Positions 17,785 through 25,609 of a stretch of DNA of 64,000 nucleotides are shown in pieces. The stretch is from an archaeon. GTDB lineage: Archaea; Iainarchaeota; Iainarchaeia; Iainarchaeales; DTGL01. The notes under the pieces are model-generated. The model saw nothing but the letters and a program-made list of their open reading frames with translations, was not told where the DNA came from and searched no databases. Made by a program: the position numbers and the translations under genes. The DNA is taken from positions 6,574 to 70,573 of the forward strand of contig JAPDKC010000002.1 of NCBI GenBank assembly GCA_029258755.1, read 5' to 3'. How positions within the stretch are numbered: position 1 is the stretch's first letter; every line of letters starts with the position of its first letter.

Positions 17785-18140
17785 CCTTCGTAAGCTCTTA
17801 TAAATTCACACTCTGGCGTAAACTCCACAAAGCTATGCGCACTTACACCCCATTCCGGACATTGGTTTTCCTTGAGGTTATCTATTTCAGGAATTCTTGG
17901 GCTGTGCGCTATATCGCAAACCCAACCTTCTATATCCCACTTAGGGTTGCCTGTGCTTAGGCATGGACCGTCGCTTAGATCCCTACCTTGAGCCAGAGCT
18001 TCTTTACATAATTCTTCGCACTTTTTTATTGCAAGCTCCTTTGCTGAAAGTTTTGATTCACTCTGCCCGCTTGTTATACAGCCAGCCAAAAATGTTGCCA
18101 CAATGCAAACACATAAGGAAATAATCAAGGTTTTTTGCAT
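17781..18140 (-). CDS. Cys-rich lipoprotein-like small secreted protein
   Basis: Signal peptide with lipobox-like FLAGC, seven further Cys in the mature part (41, 45, 60, 75, 94, 111 and the lipobox-independent set). Its stop overlaps the TTG start of the P-type ATPase (TTGA). Confidence 0.55.
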   Translation of the reverse strand: MQKTLIISLCVCIVATFLAGCITSGQSESKLSAKELAIKKCEELCKEALAQGRDLSDGPCLSTGNPKWDIEGWVCDIAHSPRIPEIDNLKENQCPEWGVSAHSFVEFTPECEFIRAYEG

Positions 18141-18195
18141 TTTATCACCCTCAACCCATAAATTATTTCTATTTCTTCAATTTATTTATTTTTTC

Positions 18196-18939
18196 CTAAG
18201 CATAAAACAGTTTCGAAAAGTTTTTCTCCAGTTTGCATTCAAGTAGTTTAATATCAATCCTTAGGCACTCTGCAACTGTTTCAGCTATTTTTTCAATCCA
18301 GCAGGGTTCAGCAACCTTTCCGTTATACCTAACAGGGGCATCCGTTTCGAGCAAAAGGTTTTGTAAGGGCACCTTTCTTACAAATTCCCCCATGTGTTTG
18401 CTGAACATTACGCTGGGTCCAATAGTGATAAAGTAACCAAGGTTTGTTACCTTTGCTAATAGTTTATCGCTTGCCACAAACCAGTGCATAAGAACTTTTT
18501 GTGCAGAATATTCTTCTAGCAGTTCTACGCATTCCCTCCTCGCCATTCTAGAGTGTACTACAATCGGCTTTTTATATTTATTTGCAATCTCTATGTGTCT
18601 TATAAAAATTCTTTTCTGTTTTTCCTTCTCTTCGGTTGTTTTTGCATGTTTGAAGTCGAGGCCTGTTTCCCCTACAGCTATGCAGTTTTTAATATTCTTT
18701 TCTATAAATTCTAGCCCTCTTTCTATCTCTTCGAGATTCATTTGCAAGATATTGCTCGGATGTAGACCAAGAGCGCATTTAACATTTTCAAAGCGTCTGG
18801 CCAGCTCAAGATTTCTTTCCATACTTTTCAAATCTACAGAATTGCTTACAATTTCCACAACTCCTTTTTCAAGAGCTTTCTTTACTTGTGCTGCTGCATC
18901 TTCAAATTCATCCAAATGGCAATGTGAATCAGCAAGCAT
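18196..18939 (-). CDS. tatD: TatD-family metal-dependent hydrolase/DNase
   Basis: MLADSHCHLDEF start motif, GETGLDF, VVHSR, LLETDAP. Start moved from 19056 to ATG 18939, which removes the overlap with the divergent 18994 gene. Confidence 0.85.
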   Translation of the reverse strand: MLADSHCHLDEFEDAAAQVKKALEKGVVEIVSNSVDLKSMERNLELARRFENVKCALGLHPSNILQMNLEEIERGLEFIEKNIKNCIAVGETGLDFKHAKTTEEKEKQKRIFIRHIEIANKYKKPIVVHSRMARRECVELLEEYSAQKVLMHWFVASDKLLAKVTNLGYFITIGPSVMFSKHMGEFVRKVPLQNLLLETDAPVRYNGKVAEPCWIEKIAETVAECLRIDIKLLECKLEKNFSKLFYA

Positions 18940-18993
18940 AAAGAAAAGACACACTAATAGAGTTTTTAACCATATTTTCCCGAAAGTGTTTTT

Positions 18994-19575
18994 ATGAAAC
19001 GAGTATTCTTCAAAAATTATGAACTTCTTGTATACGATTCTGTATACGAGCCGCATGAAGATTCGTTTCTACTTGCTGAAACTGTAAAGGTTAGTCCGGG
19101 AATAAAAGCGCTCGATATGGGGTGTGGTTGCGGTATTCAAGCAATAAACCTTGCGCTGCAGGGCGCAGAAGTGCTTGCAGCAGACATAAATGAAAAAGCA
19201 TTAGAAAATACTCTGGAAAATGCTAAGCGCTTAGGGCTGGGGGATAAAATAGAAGTGAGAAAGAGCAATCTTTTTTCATCTTTGTCCGATCAAAAATTTG
19301 ATTGCATTGTTTTTAACCCGCCTTATCTCCCAAAAAGTGATTTAAAGGATATTTCTATAGAAGGGGGCTTAAAGGGTTTTGAACTTTTGCACGAGTTTCT
19401 GGAGGAACTCCCGAAGCACCTTGCCAATAATGGTTGTTGCTTTTTTGTCCAGAGCTCTATAACCAACGAACGAAAGACAAAAAGAAAGCTGAAACAATTG
19501 GCTCTTTCCTATGAAATTGCTGCAAGGGCCAGATTCTTTTTTGAAGAGCTTATTGTTTTTAAAGTTTTTTTATAA
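18994..19575 (+). CDS. HemK/PrmC-related N5-glutamine methyltransferase (archaeal Mtq2-like)
   Basis: VYEPHEDSFLL, SAM motif LDMGCGCGIQAI, catalytic IVFNPPYLP. About 190 aa, as in archaeal Mtq2. Confidence 0.8.
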   Translation: MKRVFFKNYELLVYDSVYEPHEDSFLLAETVKVSPGIKALDMGCGCGIQAINLALQGAEVLAADINEKALENTLENAKRLGLGDKIEVRKSNLFSSLSDQKFDCIVFNPPYLPKSDLKDISIEGGLKGFELLHEFLEELPKHLANNGCCFFVQSSITNERKTKRKLKQLALSYEIAARARFFFEELIVFKVFL

Positions 19576-19590
19576 TCTTTTTAGAAGGAT

Positions 19591-19836
19591 ATGGGATTCA
19601 TAAGTAAAAGCAATGGGCTTTTCTTCTATGTGATGGGGCTTACCTTGCTTTTCATAACTTACGCTTTTATAGAACCTGTGCTGAAAAATAGTTACAGTAA
19701 TGCGGCAAATGCAGTAAAATACGGCTTTGCTCTTGTGAAGGTATTCTATGTATTTGGAGGGGTTTTTATCATTCTTGGTATTTTTATCTTCGCCCTTTCT
19801 TCACTTTATCCCGAAAAGAAACGACATTATATGTAG
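19591..19836 (+). CDS. small two-TM membrane protein
   Basis: 81-aa ORF with two hydrophobic helices, SD-like AGAAGGA upstream. Confidence 0.45.
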   Translation: MGFISKSNGLFFYVMGLTLLFITYAFIEPVLKNSYSNAANAVKYGFALVKVFYVFGGVFIILGIFIFALSSLYPEKKRHYM

Positions 19837-19844
19837 GTGTTGTT

Positions 19845-20414
19845 TTGCTTTACTTTGTTTCAACAAATCCGCACAAATTTGAGGAGATAAAATCGCTTCT
19901 TTCAAAATACGGAATAAAACTTGTTTGGAAAAAACTTGAGCTAGAAGAAAAAGGTACGATGCTTGAGGAGATCGCTAGGGAAAAAGCAAGACAAGCTTAT
20001 GAAAAGATAGAAAGACCACTTATTGTTGAAGATACAGGCGTGTTCTTCGAAGGTTTTACAAATTTTCCCGGAGTTAAGGCAAAGCGTATTTATGAGCGCT
20101 TGGGCTTTGAAGCTTTGCTTAAGCTTGCTTCGAAAAAGTCAGGAAAAGCTTATTTTAAAACGGTAATCTGCTACACCGACGGTAAACAGTATAAATTATT
20201 TTCAGGAATCTTAAAAGGAAAAATAACCTCAAAGGTTCACTGTAAAGACAAAGACGTTATGCCTTATGAAAAAATATTTATTCCAGAAGGCTTTAAAAAA
20301 CCACTTTGCATGCTTTCAAGAAAGAAAAAGAATGAATTTTCTCATAGAGCAAAAGCCGCAGAAAAATTAGCTAAATGGCTAAAGAAAAACATTAAAGAGA
20401 TAAATAAGCGATAA
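19845..20414 (+). CDS. rdgB: non-canonical purine NTP pyrophosphatase (RdgB/HAM1/ITPase family)
   Basis: FVSTNPHKFEEI, EDTG, FSHRAKA motifs. Confidence 0.85.
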   Translation: MLYFVSTNPHKFEEIKSLLSKYGIKLVWKKLELEEKGTMLEEIAREKARQAYEKIERPLIVEDTGVFFEGFTNFPGVKAKRIYERLGFEALLKLASKKSGKAYFKTVICYTDGKQYKLFSGILKGKITSKVHCKDKDVMPYEKIFIPEGFKKPLCMLSRKKKNEFSHRAKAAEKLAKWLKKNIKEINKR

Positions 20415-20457
20415 TACTACGCTTTCTGCTTGATATTTGTGATACGTTTTTCTGTTC

Positions 20458-20778
20458 CTACCGGTTACTTTTCTTTCTTTCTGTGTGCTTTTCACAGCGA
20501 TGTTTGCAGTGTTTCTTTACATGATTTTCGCAAGCCCTTATAATTGTTCTAACGCTGCTTTCCAACTCGTAAATTCTCCTTTTGCCTTCCGCTCTAACTT
20601 TAACCAAATGGCAACGTCTCATAGCTCTTAGCTGATGTGAAACATTGCTTTGTTCAAGTCCTGTGCGTTTGCATATCTCTTGTACAGACCTTCCTTTTCG
20701 CCATAAGGCACGGATTATTGCAAGCCTTGATTCCGAAGCAAAATTATCAAAAAACCAGGGGCATGATAAAACTTTCAT
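20458..20778 (-). CDS. ArsR/SmtB-family transcriptional regulator
   Basis: RLAIIRALWRKGRSVQEICKRTGLEQSNVSHQLRAMRRCHLVKVRAEGKRRIYEL. Cys/His-rich tail KKHCKHRCEKH. Confidence 0.85.
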   Translation of the reverse strand: MKVLSCPWFFDNFASESRLAIIRALWRKGRSVQEICKRTGLEQSNVSHQLRAMRRCHLVKVRAEGKRRIYELESSVRTIIRACENHVKKHCKHRCEKHTERKKSNR

Positions 20779-20796
20779 ATGAAAATTTTTGCATAT
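20776..20796. promoter_or_regulatory. imperfect palindrome CATATGAAAATTTTTGCATAT at the start of the ArsR-type gene
   Basis: Arms ATATG/CATAT around AAAATTTT, abutting the minus-strand start codon (20776-20778) and about 55 nt upstream of the rubrerythrin ATG. Confidence 0.4.
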
Positions 20797-20852
20797 TAGC
20801 TTTTAAATTTTTTGGCATTTTTCTGTAAATGCTTTTCCTAAGAGGTGAGGGA

Positions 20853-21437
20853 ATGAAAGAAACTATAAAGAATCTGGCTAGAGCTTTTATAGGGGAAAGT
20901 CAGGCAAGGAATCGCTATACCTTCTATGCAAAAATAGCCAAAGAAGAAGGTTATGAGCAAATAGCCGAGATATTTCTTCTTACCGCTGAAAATGAAAGAG
21001 AGCATGCAAAATGGCTGTTTAGGCTTATGAACGAGCTGAAAAAGAAATATGGTAAAGAGGAGCTTAATATAGAAGTAGAGGTCCCAGTTTCTGTAGTGCT
21101 TGGAGATACCGTAGAAAATCTTAAAGCCGCTATTGCTGGCGAGAATTATGAGTACACAAAGATGTATCCTGAGTTTGCAGATATTGCGGAAAAGGAAGGT
21201 TTTCCTGAAATTGCTTCAAGATTGCGTGCGATTGCTATAGCGGAAAAGCATCATGAGGAACGGTATAAAAAGCTTTTAGCAGAGCTTGAGAATAACACTG
21301 TGTTTGAAAAGGAAAAAAATGTATATTGGGTGTGCAGAAAATGTGGCTATGTTCACTATGGGAAGGAGCCTCCAGAGAAGTGCCCTTCATGCTCGCATCC
21401 AAGGAATTACTTTGAGCCCAAATGCGAGGAATGTTGA
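20853..21437 (+). CDS. rbr: rubrerythrin
   Basis: Start set at ATG 20853 behind AGAGGTGAGGG. Di-iron helices ESQARNRY...EREHAKW and EKHHEERY. C-terminal rubredoxin CRKCGY...CPSC. Confidence 0.9.
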   Translation: MKETIKNLARAFIGESQARNRYTFYAKIAKEEGYEQIAEIFLLTAENEREHAKWLFRLMNELKKKYGKEELNIEVEVPVSVVLGDTVENLKAAIAGENYEYTKMYPEFADIAEKEGFPEIASRLRAIAIAEKHHEERYKKLLAELENNTVFEKEKNVYWVCRKCGYVHYGKEPPEKCPSCSHPRNYFEPKCEEC

Positions 21438-21449
21438 GGCGTTAATCCC

Positions 21450-22358
21450 ATGTCTTTGATAGATTTCGCAAAGAGTGTTGATATTCTCAGGCCTTTTTCT
21501 GAGCTTGATGTCTTGCTTCTTTATGGTATTGTTTCCCCTTGGCTTAAAGATTTTTTGCATGGCAGGGAAATTGCAACAAAGATTCATATCCCTGGTTTTA
21601 GGAATCTTTTAAAGAGGGGTACAAAGCTGGAACCACTTTATATTGAAGAAATGATCGAAGCGATAGATATTGATTTTCTAAAGCTTAGAAGCAAGCGTCA
21701 TTTACGAGAAGTAAAAGACATGCTGAGCGATAAGCAGATAAAAATCTGGCGCTACTTCGTGCCAAGGAAAAAGGTCGAATTCTTCTATGCAACAAATCGC
21801 GAGTTTGGCAAGACCATGACAAGAGTTTATTTTGATGTCGATAGAGGTGCAAATACAACATTTGAGCAGGCGCTCGAGGTAACAAAAAGATTCCTTGAAA
21901 ACCTTAAGGCAAGCTCTCTTATGGATTTCGTGAAAGAGATTCTTATTAGCTGGACCGGGAATTCCTTCCATATAGAGCTGAATTTAAAAGAAGAGCAAGA
22001 GCTCAGTTTTTATAGCCAGTACATAACCACTCGAGAAGATGCTGAAACAGAGGTGAAAAAACTCATAGAAGAAACAGCAAGGCAAGTAAGCGTTAAGCTC
22101 CTCCCAGAGCACGAAAGGGCTGAAAACGCTATAACAATAGATCCTTCGCAAACGCCGCCAGGAAAGCTCGACAGGGTTCCTTTGGGCTGCATACACCTAA
22201 ATAAGAATACTTATGAGATTGATGGTGTTTCCTTTCCTGTTAAGGAAGAGTGGCTTTATTCAGGAAAAATTACCGAGCTAATAACTTTCAAACCACAAGA
22301 CCTTATCGAAAACCTCAACGAATTCGTCCCACTAGAAAAGTTTTTCATAAGCCCCTAA
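21450..22358 (+). CDS. archaeo-eukaryotic primase (AEP) superfamily protein, LigD polymerase-domain-like
   Basis: Motif I RVYFDVDRG, motif II SWTGNSFHI, motif III ITIDPSQT...LDRVPLGCIH. Starts 12 nt after the rubrerythrin stop. Confidence 0.55.
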   Translation: MSLIDFAKSVDILRPFSELDVLLLYGIVSPWLKDFLHGREIATKIHIPGFRNLLKRGTKLEPLYIEEMIEAIDIDFLKLRSKRHLREVKDMLSDKQIKIWRYFVPRKKVEFFYATNREFGKTMTRVYFDVDRGANTTFEQALEVTKRFLENLKASSLMDFVKEILISWTGNSFHIELNLKEEQELSFYSQYITTREDAETEVKKLIEETARQVSVKLLPEHERAENAITIDPSQTPPGKLDRVPLGCIHLNKNTYEIDGVSFPVKEEWLYSGKITELITFKPQDLIENLNEFVPLEKFFISP

Positions 22359-22392
22359 ACATTAAAAACAGATACATAATAATTCTTCAATT

Positions 22393-22962
22393 ATGGTAAC
22401 AAAAAATCTTGGAAAAGAAAAAAGTAATTTTACAAAATTTGAAAGAGTTAGAATATTTCGAATTGTTCGAGATATTCCATATTATATTGCTATTGGAAAC
22501 GAACAGGATTACAGCTGTTCAACTAAGGCGGAAATATGCCAAAAAATGCTCTACCCACTTGGATTAAAATCCAGATACCGGATTTGTCAATTTAGATGGG
22601 AAGAACTAGGTTTGCCCAAAAAAATATTAAAGTTTCCTCATGAAGATCCCGAATACCACCAATTTCTTGAGGTATATATACCTGAGAAACGAACATGGGT
22701 TACAGTTGATCCAACATGGGATTCAGGACTTCAAAAAATTTTTGAAATTGCAGAGTGGGACGGAATCAGTAACACTAAACTAGCTGTTCCAACAAATAAA
22801 ATTTATTCTCCAAGAAAGAGCCTCAGCCTAATTGAAGAATTCAACGATCCTGAAGAAATGAAAAATTATCTTAACTACAATAGAAAATTCTTTGTAGCGC
22901 TAAATAATTATTTCAACAACTTGCGGAATGAAATTTTAAAAAACCGATTAGCCAAAATTTAA
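22393..22962 (+). CDS. transglutaminase-like (papain-fold) domain protein
   Basis: Candidate Cys-His-Asp triad: DYSCSTKAEI, YHQFLEVYI, WVTVDPTWD. Confidence 0.5.
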   Translation: MVTKNLGKEKSNFTKFERVRIFRIVRDIPYYIAIGNEQDYSCSTKAEICQKMLYPLGLKSRYRICQFRWEELGLPKKILKFPHEDPEYHQFLEVYIPEKRTWVTVDPTWDSGLQKIFEIAEWDGISNTKLAVPTNKIYSPRKSLSLIEEFNDPEEMKNYLNYNRKFFVALNNYFNNLRNEILKNRLAKI

Positions 22963-23128
22963 AATCTTAGAATAACTGTGTTCAAAATCTTTAGGCCTCA
23001 AAAAGTAATAAAACAGTGTTTTCCATACGTTTTTGTAAGTGATGAAGACCAACAGAACCGGAGGGTTTATAAACCTTGCCATTCTGTTTTAATCTGGGCG
23101 AGCTTATATAAAATGTTTAAAAGGCAAG

Positions 23129-24154
23129 GTGTTTGTGGTGCGTAAACCCATACTTTTTGCTTTAACTTTTTTTGTGCTGATTTCTGGCTCCATTTTTCTT
23201 TCGGGGTGTATGGAAAGTAAGGTGGGGAGTAGCAAGGTGGAAAGCAAAAAGAAAATTACCTTTTCAGAAGGGTATGCTAAAATAGTTGAGATATTTCGTG
23301 ATGCTGACCTCAATTTGCCAGATTATTCAAAGAGCCTTTATGCTAACGCGCAAGACAAAAACATGGGAAGCGCTGTGAAAAGATTTTTCCCAGATGATGC
23401 TGCCAAAATGCAAGCCAGGTTGGATAGTGTGCGAACTAAGCTAACACAATTTAAAAATGAGCTTTCCAGTTATGAGCAAACCGATGACGTGAAAGCACTC
23501 GTTGCGTTTAGCGACATCTTAATAAAAACAGTGGATGTGGCAAAAAAATACGTCAAAGGTGTTGAATCTGGAGAGATTGACAAATTTGGCAAAACAATTA
23601 ATATGATGAAGGATTTTAACCAATTTTGCCGTAATTCAGATTTGCAAAAGCTTTCCGGTTTCGATATAATGTTAAGCATTATTAATGGCCTTGGCGAGAT
23701 AGGCAAAGACTGTAATTTATTCTTACAAAACTATCCAAAGCAAGCTCAGCAAGCTAATGTTACTGCAGAGTTCGTTGAGAGCACGGCAAAACTCGTATCA
23801 TTTGGGTACGCATTCAATGAAATGAAGCCTTTGTTGGGTGAGATTTGTGACATAATGCTTGAACTGGAAAAATTGCAGAGTACGTCTGTTCTTTCAAACC
23901 CCGATAAGATATGTGCTGATCCCGATAAAGCAGAGGAAGAACTTGATGCCCTTATTGCACTGCTAGATCGCTTTGATGCTGTTTTTCGTAAAATATCTAA
24001 TATAATGGATAAGTACCCTGACGTGCAAACAGATGAGTTTAATAAAGACAAGATAACGGATACGCTGGAAGGCTTCAGAAAATATAGAGACTTGCTTGCA
24101 AGCATGAAGGGTAACATTGAAACTATGTGCAGTTTCCAAAACACTACGAAGTGA
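23129..24154 (+). CDS. helical lipoprotein-like secreted protein
   Basis: Signal peptide ending FLSGC. Function unknown. Confidence 0.5.
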   Translation: MFVVRKPILFALTFFVLISGSIFLSGCMESKVGSSKVESKKKITFSEGYAKIVEIFRDADLNLPDYSKSLYANAQDKNMGSAVKRFFPDDAAKMQARLDSVRTKLTQFKNELSSYEQTDDVKALVAFSDILIKTVDVAKKYVKGVESGEIDKFGKTINMMKDFNQFCRNSDLQKLSGFDIMLSIINGLGEIGKDCNLFLQNYPKQAQQANVTAEFVESTAKLVSFGYAFNEMKPLLGEICDIMLELEKLQSTSVLSNPDKICADPDKAEEELDALIALLDRFDAVFRKISNIMDKYPDVQTDEFNKDKITDTLEGFRKYRDLLASMKGNIETMCSFQNTTK

Positions 24155-24182
24155 GTCGCATCATTTTAACATTTCGATATTT

Positions 24183-24455
24183 ATGCGTTGCAGAATTAAA
24201 ATCTGTGTCACTCCGGATTCAAAAAAGTTTGCAATAAATGGATTTAATGAGTGGCGTAACGCTTGGCTTGTAAGTGTGAAAGAGAGGGCAGAGAAAGGAA
24301 AAGCGAATAAAGAGCTTATCGCTGAACTAAGTAGGCTTTTTGGCAAGGGCGTAAAAATTGTCTCCGGTGAGCGTTCAAAGGAAAAGATCGTTGAAATTTT
24401 TGATTTGGATGAAGAGGAAGTGATAAAAATTTTAAAAAAGAATGCAAAGCGCTAG
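24183..24455 (+). CDS. DUF167 (YggU/UPF0235) family protein
   Basis: IKICVTPDSKK...WLVSVKERAEKGKANKELIAELSRLFGKGVKIVSGERSKEKIVEI fits DUF167. Start set at ATG 24183 instead of 24117. Confidence 0.7.
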   Translation: MRCRIKICVTPDSKKFAINGFNEWRNAWLVSVKERAEKGKANKELIAELSRLFGKGVKIVSGERSKEKIVEIFDLDEEEVIKILKKNAKR

Positions 24456-24551
24456 CTCATTCTTTCTATTTGGAAGCACCAGATATGTTTCTATTAGGAA
24501 AGGCTTTGGCTTTTGGATGCTTTTTAATGTTTTATGTTACATATTTCTGTA

Positions 24552-24613
24552 GGCGATGATGAAGTTAACACCTGCAGAGCAAAAGCGATGAAGAATCAAT
24601 CCAACCCTGAGCT
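24552..24613 (+). ncRNA. box C/D sRNA candidate (2'-O-methylation guide)
   Basis: C box ATGATGA 24556-24562, 12-nt guide AGTTAACACCTG, D' CAGA 24575-24578, 9-nt spacer, C' ATGAAGA 24588-24594, 12-nt guide ATCAATCCAACC, D box CTGA 24607-24610. Intergenic. Confidence 0.65.
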
Positions 24614-24648
24614 TATATTGCATTTTTTAACATTCGCTAAGTGTGCTT

Positions 24649-25521
24649 TTATTTACGCTTTTTTTCTCTGGCTTTTCTCATTATTTGTAGTGCCTGCAGA
24701 ATTATCTCCCTAGGTACTTTTTCGCGCATGTAGCGAATGCCTTTTTTAGTTAATCCTTTTCCTTTTTCAAGAAGGCCTTTTTCGAGGAAAAATCTTTCTT
24801 TTTCCTCAAGATTTGTTAGGTTCCAGTTCTCTGGCGGATCTGCATAGAGAAGCAGCAAACCATCGGCTCCGTAACGCTCAAAGTATTCTTTTACTTTCAT
24901 CCTGGCTATGTAACCAGGCCAGACATTAGTAAGCGTATCCGCATACCTAAATGAATCCAGCATATCTCGAAGTATATTTGGTTTTTTGTGCACCTGTGCG
25001 GAAGGTTCTATGCCTAAAGCTTCTTCTTTTTTTAATCTATGAAGTGATAGTACCTTCCTCTTCAGCCGTTTGATTCTTTTCCTCTTCTTTCTAGTTTTGC
25101 CTGCTTTCTCCTTGTATTTTTCTATTCTATGTTCCAACAAAAGGTCATACGTCTTTTGCAAGAGCGCTTGGAGCGAATGCAGGAGTTCCTCAGTGGCTAT
25201 CTGTTCTGGCACATATTCTGTTGCATTTCTCTTAAATATCTTCCTTATTCTGCTTGCAAAAGTGGGGAAAAGCATTATTTCGTGCTTGAAACGATTGTAT
25301 TGGGCACGAACATATAATGGATTTGTGTTCTTCCCGCGGTAAGGCAACAGGTCTTTAAGAGGAATCCCATAGATCTGGGATAATCTCAGATACATCTTTA
25401 AGGGAAGCTCTGGAAGACACTCTCTTGTAAACTGTTTTCTTATCTCTGGCAAAGGAACTTTCTTAACCCTTCTTTTCATGATATTTTTCTTGGTTTGTGA
25501 TGCTTTCTTTCGAATCCGCAT
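24649..25521 (-). CDS. highly basic hypothetical protein
   Basis: 290-aa ORF with a K/R-rich N-terminus, the central run KTRKKRKRIKRLKRK and a basic C-terminus. No family recognised. Confidence 0.5.
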   Translation of the reverse strand: MRIRKKASQTKKNIMKRRVKKVPLPEIRKQFTRECLPELPLKMYLRLSQIYGIPLKDLLPYRGKNTNPLYVRAQYNRFKHEIMLFPTFASRIRKIFKRNATEYVPEQIATEELLHSLQALLQKTYDLLLEHRIEKYKEKAGKTRKKRKRIKRLKRKVLSLHRLKKEEALGIEPSAQVHKKPNILRDMLDSFRYADTLTNVWPGYIARMKVKEYFERYGADGLLLLYADPPENWNLTNLEEKERFFLEKGLLEKGKGLTKKGIRYMREKVPREIILQALQIMRKAREKKRK

Positions 25522-25609
25522 GTAAATAAAATCTACTTGGAGGTTGATAAACTTTGCGCTATATTAAAAATTAGGTTTTTAAATACCTTTTTCATAAATT
25601 TAAAATGCA

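Noticed and set aside
18940-19056. N-terminal extensions proposed by the ORF track (TatD from 19056; also 13057, 20829, 24117, 32649, 33767, 60083)
   Set aside because: The extensions overlap neighbouring genes or palindromic or promoter sequence and encode non-conserved residues. Internal ATG codons give N-termini matching family consensus and sensible SD or TATA spacing.
23039-23100. C-box-like GTGATGA followed by the palindrome GGTTTATAAACC in the 22963-23128 gap; considered as a second C/D sRNA
   Set aside because: There is no CTGA-type D' or D box at 12-nt spacing (CCGG and CTGG only) and no C' box. The A/T palindrome and CTTATATAAAA are better explained as promoter elements of the 23129 gene.
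24563-24574. sRNA guide 1 (AGTTAACACCTG) is partly complementary (9 of 12) to CAGGTGCTAAGC inside the tRNA-Trp intron
   Set aside because: There are an internal mismatch and two terminal mismatches, and the predicted methylation site would fall in a spliced-out intron. This is probably chance or shared ancestry of the modules rather than a target.
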